This document shows positions 11,006-23,800 of a stretch of DNA of 64,000 nt, piece after piece. Below the pieces are notes generated by a model. The model did not search any database. It worked only from the letters and a program-made list of their open reading frames with translations, and was not told where the DNA came from. The stretch's first letter is position 1; the number at the start of each line of letters is the position of its first letter. This DNA is from Auanema rhodensis. Lineage: Eukaryota; Animalia; Nematoda. Position numbers and translations under genes: made by a program. The stretch spans positions 3,658,001-3,722,000 of the forward strand of contig OZ059895.1 in the NCBI GenBank assembly GCA_964057225.1. Reading direction: 5' to 3'.

Positions 11006-14000
11006 CCCAAGTTCTGTTGCTTGAATGGATGTTTTCCTACGTAGGCTAGTAAAACATGCCCTTCAAAGCATCAGAACATGTGATCACATTCCAATTTTTT
11101 TGTATCTATCTTGTAAAGATAGTAATAAACTTTGATTTTTGTACACCCATAAATTATACGCAGCACAGGTTACCCTTAAATAATGAACTGACCGACTAAT
11201 CAGACATGGATCTTTCCAAGTTCTGTTGCTTGAACGGATGTTTTCCTACGTAGGCTAGTAAAACATGCCCTTCAAAGCATCAGAACATGTGACCACATTC
11301 CAATTTTTTTGTATCTATCTTGTAAAGATAGTAATATATCATATGTTGAACACTATGTTGGAAAGATTTTAATTCAGATTTTTTCAACTTTCACTCAGTT
11401 TGTTTTCTAAACTTTGATTAAGAACCTTGTTGTTTGTACACCCATAAAATATACGCAGCACAGGTTACCCTTAAATAATGAACTGACCGTCTAATCAGAC
11501 ATGGATCTTCCCAAGTTCTGTTGCTTGAATGGATGTTTTCCTACGTAGGCTAGTAAAACATGCCCTTCAAAGCATCAGAACATGTGATCACATTCCAATT
11601 TTTTTGTATCTATCTTGTAAAGATAGTAATAAACTTTGATTTTTGTACACCCATAAATTATACGCAGCACAGGTTACCCTTAAATAATGAACTGACCGAC
11701 TAATCAGACACGGATCTTTCCTAGTTCTGTTGCTTGAATGGATGTTTTCCCACGTAGGCTAGTAAAACATGCCCTTCAAAGCATCAGAACATGTGATCAC
11801 ATTCCAATTTTTTTGTATCTATTTTGTAAAGATAGTAATATATCATATGTTGAACATTATGTTGGAAAGATTTTAATTCAGATTTTCTAACTTTTATTCA
11901 GTTTGTTTTTTAAACTTTGATTAAGAACTTTGATTTTTGTACACCCATAAATTATACGCAGCACAGGTTACCCTTAAATAATGAACTGACCGACTAATCA
12001 GACATGGATCTTTCCTAGTTCTGTTGCTTGAATGGATGTTTTCCTACGTAGGCTAGTAAAACATGCCCTTCAAAACATCAGAACATGTGATCACATTCCA
12101 ATTTTTTTGTATCTGTTTTGTAAAGATAGTAATAAACTTTGATTTTTGTACACCCATAAATTATACGCAGCACAGGTTACCCTTAAATAATGAACTGACC
12201 GACTAATCAGACATGGATCTTTCCTAGTTCTGTTGCTTGAATGGATGTTTTCCTACGTAGGCTAGTAAAACATGCCCTTCAAAGCATCAGAACATGTGAT
12301 CACATTCCAATTTTTCTGTATCTATCTTGTAAAGATAGTAATATATCATATGTTGAACACTATGTTGGAAAGATTTTAATTCAGATTTTCTCAACTTTCA
12401 CTCAGTTTGTTTTCTAAACTTTGATTAAGAACCTTGAGTTTTGTACACCCATAAATTATACGCAGCACAGGTTACCCTTAAATAATGAACTGACCGACTA
12501 ATCAGACATGGATCTTCCCAAGTTCTGTTGCTTGAATGGATGTTTTCCTACGTAGGCTAGTAAAACATGCCCTTCAAAGCATCAGAACATGTGATCACAT
12601 TCCAATTTTTTTGTATCTATCTTGTAAAGATAGTAATAAACTTTGATTTTTGTACACCCATAAATTATACGCAGCACAGGTTACCCTTAAATAATGAACT
12701 GACCGACTAATCAGACATGGATCTTTCCAAGTTCTGTTGCTTGAACGGATGTTTTCCTACGTAGGCTAGTAAAACATGCCCTTCAAAGCATCAGAACATG
12801 TGACCACATTCCAATTTTTTTGTATCTATCTTGTAAAGATAGTAATATATCATATGTTGAACACTATGTTGGAAAGATTTTAATTCAGATTTTTTCAACT
12901 TTCACTCAGTTTGTTTTCTAAACTTTGATTTAGAACCTTGTTGTTTGTACACCCATAAAATATAGGCAGCACAGGTTACCCTTAAATAATGAACTGACCG
13001 TCTAATCAGACATGGATCTTCCCAAGTTCTGTTGCTTGAATGGATGTTTTCCTACGTAGGCTAGTAAAACATGCCCTTCAAAGCATCAGAACATGTGATC
13101 ACATTCCAATTTTTTTGTATCTATCTTGTAAAGATAGTAATAAACTTTGATTTTTGTACACCCATAAATTATACGCAGCACAGGTTACCCTTAAATAATG
13201 AACTGACCGACTAATCAGACATGGATCTTTCCAAGTTCTGTTGCTTGAACGGATGTTTTCCTACGTAGGCTAGTAAAACATGCCCTTCAAAGCATCAGAA
13301 CATGTGATCACATTCCAATTTTTTCGTATCTATCTTGTAAAGATAGTAATAAACTTTGATTTTTGTACACCCATAAATTATACGCAGCACAGGTTACCCT
13401 TAAATAATGAACTGACCGACTAATCAGACATGGTTCTTTCCAAGTTCTGTTGCTTGAACGGATGTTTTCCTACGTAGGCTAGTAAAACATGCCCTTCAAA
13501 GCACCAGAACATGTGATCACATTCCAATTTTTTCGTATCTATCTTGTAAAGATAGTAATAAACTTTGATTTTTGTACACCCATAAATTATACGCAGCACA
13601 GGTTACCCTTAAATAATGAACTGACCGACTAATCAGACATGGATCTTTCCAAGTGCTGTTGCTTGAACGGATGTTTTCCTACGTAGGCTAGTAAAACATG
13701 CCCTTCAAAGCATCAGAACATGTGATCACATTCCAATTTTTTTGTATCTATCTTGTAAAGATAGTAATATATCATATGTTGAACACTATGTTGGAAAGAT
13801 TTTAATTCAGATTTTCGAACTTTTATTCAGTTTGTTTTTTAAACTTTGATTAAGAACTTTGATTTTTGTACACCCATAAATTATACGCAGCACAGGTTAC
13901 CCTTAATTAATGAACTGACCGACTAATCAGACATGGATCTTTCCAAGTTCTGTTGCTTGAACGGATGTTTTCCTACGTAGGCTAGTAAAACATGCCCTTC

Positions 14001-15369
14001 AAAGCATCAGAACATGTGACCACATTCCAATTTTTTTGTATCTATCTTGTAAAGATAGTAATATATCATATGTTGAACACTATGTTGGAAAGATTTTAAT
14101 TCAGATTTTTTCAACTTTCACTCAGTTTGTTTTCTAAACTTTGATTAAGAACCTTGTTGTTTGTACACCCATAAAATATACGCAGCACAGGTTACCCTTA
14201 AATAATGAACTGACCGACTAATCAGACATGGATCTTTCCTAGTTCTGTTGCTTGAATGGATGTTTTCCTACGTAGGCTTTTAAAACATGCCCTTCAAAGC
14301 ATCAGAACATGTGATCACATTCCAATTTTTTCGTATCTATCTTGTAAAGATAGTAATAAACTTTGATTTTTGTACACCCATAAATTATACGCAGCACAGG
14401 TTAGCCTTAAATAATGAACTGACCGACTAATCAGACATGGATCTTTCCTAGTTCTGTTGCTTGAATGGATGTTTTCCTACGTAGGCTTTTAAAACATGCC
14501 CTTCAAAGCATCAGAACATGTGATCACATTCCAATTTTTTCGTATCTATCTTGTAAAGATAGTAATAAACTTTGATTTTTGTACACCCATAAATTATACG
14601 CAGCACAGGTTACCCTTAAATAATGAACTGACCGACTAATCAGACATGGATCTTTCCAAGTTCTGTTGCTTGAACGGATGTTTCCCTACGTAGGCTAGTA
14701 AAACATGCCCTTCAAAGCATCAGAACATGTGATCACATTCCAATTTTTTTGTATCTATCTTGTAAAGATAGTAAGATATCATATGTTGAACACTATGTTG
14801 GAAAGATTTTAATTCAGATTTTTTCAACTTTCACTCAGTTTGTTTTCTAAACTTTGATTAAGAACCTTGTTGTTTGTACACCCATAAAATATACGCAGCA
14901 CAGGTTACCCTTAAATAATGAACTGACCGACTAATCAGACATGGATCTTTCCTAGTTCTGTTGCTTGAATGGATGTTTTCCTACGTAGGCTTTTAAAACA
15001 TGCCCTTCAAAGCATCAGAACATGTGACCACATTCCAATTTTTTTGTATCTATCTTGTAAAGATAGTAATATATCATATGTTGAACACTATGTTGGAAAG
15101 ATTTTAATTCAGATTTTTTCAACTTTCACTCAGTTTGTTTTCTAAACTTTGATTAAGAACCTTGAGTTTTGTACACCCATAAATTATACGCAGCACAGGT
15201 TACCCTTAAATAATGAACTGACCGACTAATCAGACATGGATCTTCCCAAGTTCTGTTGCTTGAATGGATGTTTTCCTACAGAGGCTAGTAAAACATGCCC
15301 TTCAAAGCATCAGAACATGTGATCACATTCCAATTTTTTTGTATCTATCTTGTAAAGATAGTAATAAAC

Positions 15370-18300
15370 TTCGATTTTTGTACACCCATAAATTATACGC
15401 AGCACAGGTTACCCTTAAATAATGAACTGACCGACTAATCAGACATGGATCTTTCCAAGTTCTGTTGCTTGAACGGATGTTTTCCTACGTAGGCTAGTAA
15501 AACATGCCCTTCAAAGCATCAGAACATGTGACCACATTCCAATTTTTTTGTATCTATCTTGTAAAGATAGTGATATATCATATGTTGAACACTATGTTCG
15601 AAAGATTTTAATTCAGATTTTTTCAACTTTCACTCAGTTTGTTTTCTAAACTTTGATTAAGAACCTTGTTGTTTGTACACCCATAAAATATACGCAGCAC
15701 AGGTTACCCTTAAATAATGAACTGACCGACTAATCAGACATGGATCTTTCCTAGTTCTGTTGCTTGAATGGATGTTTTCCTACGTAGGCTAGTAAAACAT
15801 GCCCTTCAAAGCATCAGAACATGTGATCACATTCCAATTTTTTTGTATCTATCTTGTAAAGATAGTAATATATCATATGTTGAACACTATGTTGGAAAGA
15901 TTTTAATTCAGATTTTCTAACTTTTAATCAGTTTGTTTTTTAAACTTTGATTAAGAACTTTGATTTTTGTACACCCATAAATTATACGCAGCACAGGTTA
16001 CCCTTAAATAATGAACTGACCGACTAATCAGACATGGATCTTTCCTAGTTCTGTTGCTTGAATGGATGTTTTCCTACGTAGGCTAGTAAAACATGCCCTT
16101 CAAAGCATCAGAACATGTGACCACATTCCAATTTTTTTGTATCTATCTTGTAAAGATAGTAATAAACTTTGATTTTTGTACACCCATAAATTATACGCAG
16201 CACAGGTTACCCTTAAATAATGAAATGACCGACTAATCAGACATGGATCTTTCCAAGTTCTGTTGCTTGAACGGATGTTTTCCTACGTAGGCTAGTAAAA
16301 CATGCCCTTCAAAGCATCAGAACATGTGATCACATTCCAATTTTTTTGTATCTATCTTGTGAAGATAGTAATATATCATATGTTGAACACTATGTTGGAA
16401 AGATTTTAATTCAGATTTTCGAACTTTTATACGCAGCACAGGTTACCCTTAATTAATGAACTGACCGACTAATCAGACATGGATCTTTCCAAGTTCTGTT
16501 GCTTGAACGGATGTTTTCCTACGTAGGCTAGTAAAACATGCCCTTCAAAGCATCAGAACATGTGACCACATTCCAATTTTTTTGTATCTATCTTGTAAAG
16601 ATAGTAATATATCATATGTTGAACACTATGTTGGAAAGATTTTAATTCAGATTTTCTAACTTTTAATCAGTTTGTTTTTTAAACTTTGATTAAGAACTTT
16701 GATTTTTGTACACCCATAAATTATACGCAGCACAGGTTACCCTTAAATAATGAACTGACCGACTAATCAGACATGGATCTTTCCTAGTTCTGTTGCTTGA
16801 ATGGATGTTTTCCTACGTAGGCTAGTAAAACATGCCCTTCAAAGCATCAGAACATGTGATCACATTCCAATTTTTTCGTATCTATCTTGTAAAGATAGTA
16901 ATAAACTTTGATTTTTGTACACCCATAAATTATACGCAGCACAGGTTACCCTTAAATAATGAACTGACCGACTAATCAGACATGGATCTTTCCAAGTTCT
17001 GTTGCTTGAACGGATGTTTTCCTACGTAGGCTAGTAAAACATGCCCTTCAAAGCATCAGAACATGTGATCACATTCCAATTTTTTTGTATCTATCTTGTA
17101 AAGATAGTAATATATCATATGTTGAACACTATGTTGGAAAGATTTTAATTCAGATTTTCGAACTTTTATTCAGTTTGTTTTTTAAACTTTGAATAAGAAC
17201 TTTGATTTTTGTACACCCATAAATTATACGCAGCACAGGTTACCCTTAATTAATGAACTGACCGACTAATCAGACATGGATCTTTCCAAGTTCTGTTGCT
17301 TGAACGGATGTTTTCCTACGTAGGCTAGTAAAACATGCCCTTCAAAGCATCAGAACATGTGACCACATTCCAATTTTTTTGTATCTATCTTGTAAAGATA
17401 GTAATATATCATATGTTGAACACTATGTTGGAAAGATTTTAATTCAGATTTTTTCAACTTTCACTCAGTTTGTTTTCTAAACTTTGATTAAGAACCTTGT
17501 TGTTTGTACACCCATAAAATATACGCAGCACAGGTTACCCTTAAATAATGAACTGACCGACTAATCAGACATGGATCTTTCCTAGTTCTGTTGCTTGAAT
17601 GGATGTTTTCCTACGTAGGCTAGTAAAACATGCCCTTCAAAGCATCAGAACATGTGACCACATTCCAATTTTTTTGTATCTATCTTGTAAAGATAGTAAT
17701 AAACTTTGATTTTTGTACACCCATAAATTATACGCAGCACAGGTTACCCTTAAATAATGAAATGACCGACTAATCAGACATGGATCTTTCCAAGTTCTGT
17801 TGCTTGAACGGTAATTTCCTACGTAGGCTAGTAAAACATGCCCTTCAAAGCATCAGAACATGTGATCACATTCCAATTTTTTTGTATCTATCTTGTGAAG
17901 ATAGTAATATATCATATGTTGAACACTATGTTGGAAAGATTTTAATTCAGATTTTCGAACTTTTATACGCAGCACAGGTTACCCTTAATTAATGAACTGA
18001 CCGACTAATCAGACATGGATCTTTCCAAGTTCTGTTGCTTGAACGGATGTTTTCCTACGTAGGCTAGTAAAACATGCCCTTCAAAGCATCAGAACATGTG
18101 ACCACATTCCAATTTTTTTGTATCTATCTTGTAAAGATAGTAATATATCATATGTTGAACACTATGTTGGAAAGATTTTAATTCAGATTTTCTAACTTTT
18201 AATCAGTTTGTTTTTTAAACTTTGATTAAGAACTTTGATTTTTGTACACCCATAAATTATACGCAGCACAGGTTACCCTTAAATAATGAACTGACCGACT

Positions 18301-21300
18301 AATCAGACATGGATCTTTCCTAGTTCTGTTGCTTGAATGGATGTTTTCCTACGTAGGCTAGTAAAACATGCCCTTCAAAGCATCAGAACATGTGATCACA
18401 TTCCAATTTTTTCGTATCTATCTTGTAAAGATAGTAATAAACTTTGATTTTTGTACACCCATAAACTATACGCAGCACAGGTTACCCTTAAATAATGAAC
18501 TGACCGACTAATCAGACATGGATCTTTCCAAGTTCTGTTGCTTGAACGGATGTTTTCCTACGTAGGCTAGTAAAACATGCCCTTCAAAGCATCAGAACAT
18601 GTGATCACATTCCAATTTTTTCGTATCTATCTTGTAAAGATAGTAATAAACTTTGATTTTTGTACACCCATAAATTATACGCAGCACAGGTTACCCTTAA
18701 ATAATGAACTGACCGACTAATCAGACATGGATCTTTCCAAGTTCTGTTGCTTGAACGGATGTTTTCCTACGTAGGCTAGTAAAACATGCCCTTCAAAGCA
18801 TCAGAACATGTGATCACATTCCAATTTTTTTGTATCTATCTTGTAAAGATAGTAATATATCATATGTTGAACACTATGTTGGAAAGATTTTAATTCAGAT
18901 TTTCGAACTTTTATTCAGTTTGTTTTTTAAACTTTGATTAAGAACTTTGATTTTTGTACACCCATAAATTATACGCAGCACAGGTTACCCTTAATTAATG
19001 AACTGACCGACTAATCAGACATGGATCTTTCCAAGTTCTGTTGCTTGAACGGATGTTTTCCTACGTAGGCTAGTAAAACATGCCCTTCAAAGCATCAGAA
19101 CATGTGACCACATTCCAATTTTTTTGTATCTATCTTGTAAAGATAGTAATATATCATATGTTGAACACTATGTTGGAAAGATTTTAATTCAGATTTTTTC
19201 AACTTTCACTCAGTTTGTTTTCTAAACTTTGATTAAGAACCTTGTTGTTTGTACACCCATAAAATATACGCAGCACAGGTTACCCTTAAATAATGAACTG
19301 ACCGACTAATCAGACATGGATCTTTCCTAGTTCTGTTGCTTGAATGGATGTTTTCCTACGTAGGCTTTTAAAACATGCCCTTCAAAGCATCAGAACATGT
19401 GATCACATTCCAATTTTTTCGTATCTATCTTGTAAAGATAGTAATAAACTTTGATTTTTGTACACCCATAAATTATACGCAGCACAGGTTAGCCTTAAAT
19501 AATGAACTGACCGACTAATCAGACATGGATCTTTCCTAGTTCTGTTGCTTGAATGGATGTTTTCCTACGTAGGCTTTTAAAACATGCCCTTCAAAGCATC
19601 AGAACATGTGATCACATTCCAATTTTTTCGTATCTATCTTGTAAAGATAGTAATAAACTTTGATTTTTGTACACCCATAAATTATACGCAGCACAGGTTA
19701 CCCTTAAATAATGAACTGACCGACTAATCAGACATGGATCTTTCCAAGTTCTGTTGCTTGAACGGATGTTTTCCTACGTAGGCTAGTAAAACATGCCCTT
19801 CAAAGCATCAGAACATGTGATCACATTCCAATTTTTTTGTATCTATCTTGTAAAGATAGTAATATATCATATGTTGAACACTATGTTGGAAAGATTTTAA
19901 TTCAGATTTTCGAACTTTTATTCAGTTTGTTTTTTAAACTTTGATTAAGAACTTTGATTTTTGTACACCCATAAATTATACGCAGCACAGGTTACCCTTA
20001 ATTAATGAACTGACCGACTAATCAGACATGGATCTTTCCAAGTTCTGTTGCTTGAACGGATGTTTTCCTACGTAGGCTAGTAAAACATGCCCTTCAAAGC
20101 ATCAGAACATGTGACCACATTCCAATTTTTTTGTATCTATCTTGTAAAGATAGTAATAAACTTCGATTTTTGTACACCCATAAATTATACGCAGCACAGG
20201 TTACCCTTAAATAATGAACTGACCGACTAATCAGACATGGATCTTTCCAAGTTCTGTTGCTTGAACGGATGTTTTCCTACGTAGGCTAGTAAAACATGCC
20301 CTTCAAAGCATCAGAACATGTGACCACATTCCAATTTTTTTGTATCTATCTTGTAAAGATAGTGATATATCATATGTTGAACACTATGTTCGAAAGATTT
20401 TAATTCAGATTTTTTCAACTTTCACTCAGTTTGTTTTCTAAACTTTGATTAAGAACCTTGTTGTTTGTACACCCATAAAATATACGCAGCACAGGTTACC
20501 CTTAAATAATGAACTGACCGACTAATCAGACATGGATCTTTCCTAGTTCTGTTGCTTGAATGGATGTTTTCCTACGTAGGCTAGTAAAACATGCCCTTCA
20601 AAGCATCAGAACATGTGATCACATTCCAATTTTTTTGTATCTATCTTGTAAAGATAGTAATATATCATATGTTGAACACTATGTTGGAAAGATTTTAATT
20701 CAGATTTTCTAACTTTTAATCAGTTTGTTTTTTAAACTTTGATTAAGAACTTTGATTTTTGTACACCCATAAATTATACGCAGCACAGGTTACCCTTAAA
20801 TAATGAACTGACCGACTAATCAGACATGGATCTTTCCTAGTTCTGTTGCTTGAATGGATGTTTTCCTACGTAGGCTAGTAAAACATGCCCTTCAAAGCAT
20901 CAGAACATGTGACCACATTCCAATTTTTTTGTATCTATCTTGTAAAGATAGTAATAAACTTTGATTTTTGTACACCCATAAATTATACGCAGCACAGGTT
21001 ACCCTTAAATAATGAAATGACCGACTAATCAGACATGGATCTTTCCAAGTTCTGTTGCTTGAACGGATGTTTTCCTACGTAGGCTAGTAAAACATGCCCT
21101 TCAAAGCATCAGAACATGTGATCACATTCCAATTTTTTTGTATCTATCTTGTGAAGATAGTAATATATCATATGTTGAACACTATGTTGGAAAGATTTTA
21201 ATTCAGATTTTCGAACTTTTATACGCAGCACAGGTTACCCTTAATTAATGAACTGACCGACTAATCAGACATGGATCTTTCCAAGTTCTGTTGCTTGAAC

Positions 21301-23800
21301 GGATGTTTTCCTACGTAGGCTAGTAAAACATGCCCTTCAAAGCATCAGAACATGTGAACACATTCCAATTTTTTTGTATCTATCTTGTAAAGATAGTAAT
21401 ATATCATATGTTGAACACTATGTTGGAAAGATTTTAATTCAGATTTTCTAACTTTTAATCAGTTTGTTTTTTAAACTTTGATTAAGAACTTTGATTTTTG
21501 TACACCCATAAATTATACGCAGCACAGGTTACCCTTAAATAATGAACTGACCGACTAATCAGACATGGATCTTTCCTAGTTCTGTTGCTTGAATGGATGT
21601 TTTCCTACGTAGGCTAGTAAAACATGCCCTTCAAAGCATCAGAACATGTGATCACATTCCAATTTTTTCGTATCTATCTTGTAAAGATAGTAATAAACTT
21701 TGATTTTTGTACACCCATAAATTATACGCAGCACAGGTTACCCTTAAATAATGAACTGACCGACTAATCAGACATGGATCTTTCCAAGTTCTGTTGCTTG
21801 AACGGATGTTTTCCTACGTAGGCTAGTAAAACATGCCCTTCAAAGCATCAGAACATGTGATCACATTCCAATTTTTTTGTATCTATCTTGTAAAGATAGT
21901 AATATATCATATGTTGAACACTATGTTGGAAAGATTTTAATTCAGATTTTCGAACTTTTATTCAGTTTGTTTTTTAAACTTTGAATAAGAACTTTGATTT
22001 TTGTACACCCATAAATTATACGCAGCACAGGTTACCCTTAATTAATGAACTGACCGACTAATCAGACATGGATCTTTCCAAGTTCTGTTGCTTGAACGGA
22101 TGTTTTCCTACGTAGGCTAGTAAAACATGCCCTTCAAAGCATCAGAACATGTGACCACATTCCAATTTTTTTGTATCTATCTTGTAAAGATAGTAATATA
22201 TCATATGTTGAACACTATGTTGGAAAGATTTTAATTCAGATTTTTTCAACTTTCACTCAGTTTGTTTTCTAAACTTTGATTAAGAACCTTGTTGTTTGTA
22301 CACCCATAAAATATACGCAGCACAGGTTACCCTTAAATAATGAACTGACCGACTAATCAGACATGGATCTTTCCTAGTTCTGTTGCTTGAATGGATGTTT
22401 TCCTACGTAGGCTAGTAAAACATGCCCTTCAAAGCATCAGAACATGTGACCACATTCCAATTTTTTTGTATCTATCTTGTAAAGATAGTAATAAACTTTG
22501 ATTTTTGTACACCCATAAATTATACGCAGCACAGGTTACCCTTAAATAATGAAATGACCGACTAATCAGACATGGATCTTTCCAAGTTCTGTTGCTTGAA
22601 CGGATGTTTTCCTACGTAGGCTAGTAAAACATGCCCTTCAAAGCATCAGAACATGTGATCACATTCCAATTTTTTTGTATCTATCTTGTGAAGATAGTAA
22701 TATATCATATGTTGAACACTATGTTGGAAAGATTTTAATTCAGATTTTCGAACTTTTATACGCAGCACAGGTTACCCTTAATTAATGAACTGACCGACTA
22801 ATCAGACATGGATCTTTCCAAGTTCTGTTGCTTGAACGGATGTTTTCCTACGTAGGCTAGTAAAACATGCCCTTCAAAGCATCAGAACATGTGAACACAT
22901 TCCAATTTTTTTGTATCTATCTTGTAAAGATAGTAATATATCATATGTTGAACACTATGTTGGAAAGATTTTAATTCAGATTTTCTAACTTTTAATCAGT
23001 TTGTTTTTTAAACTTTGATTAAGAACTTTGATTTTTGTACACCCATAAATTATACGCAGCACAGGTTACCCTTAAATAATGAACTGACCGACTAATCAGA
23101 CATGGATCTTTCCTAGTTCTGTTGCTTGAATGGATGTTTTCCTACGTAGGCTAGTAAAACATGCCCTTCAAAGCATCAGAACATGTGATCACATTCCAAT
23201 TTTTTCGTATCTATCTTGTAAAGATAGTAATAAACTTTGATTTTTGTACACCCATAAATTATACGCAGCACAGGTTACCCTTAAATAATGAACTGACCGA
23301 CTAATCAGACATGGATCTTTCCAAGTTCTGTTGCTTGAACGGATGTTTTCCTACGTAGGCTAGTAAAACATGCCCTTCAAAGCATCAGAACATGTGATCA
23401 CATTCCAATTTTTTTGTATCTATCTTGTAAAGATAGTAATATATCATATGTTGAACACTATGTTGGAAAGATTTTAATTCAGATTTTCGAACTTTTATTC
23501 AGTTTGTTTTTTAAACTTTGAATAAGAACTTTGATTTTTGTACACCCATAAATTATACGCAGCACAGGTTACCCTTAATTAATGAACTGACCGACTAATC
23601 AGACATGGATCTTTCCAAGTTCTGTTGCTTGAACGGATGTTTTCCTACGTAGGCTAGTAAAACATGCCCTTCAAAGCATCAGAACATGTGACCACATTCC
23701 AATTTTTTTGTATCTATCTTGTAAAGATAGTAATATATCATATGTTGAACACTATGTTGGAAAGATTTTAATTCAGATTTTTTCAACTTTCACTCAGTTT
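15370..23800 (+). repeat. 6-monomer higher-order repeat S-D-B-S-C-A (1537 bp) nested within a block duplication of offset 4792 bp
   Basis: D junctions at 16431/17967 (1536, with a 1-bp deletion near 17812) and 21223/22760 (1537). CTTCGATT at 15372/20164 and D at 16431/21223 share offset 4792. Outer boundaries are approximate. Confidence 0.85.
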
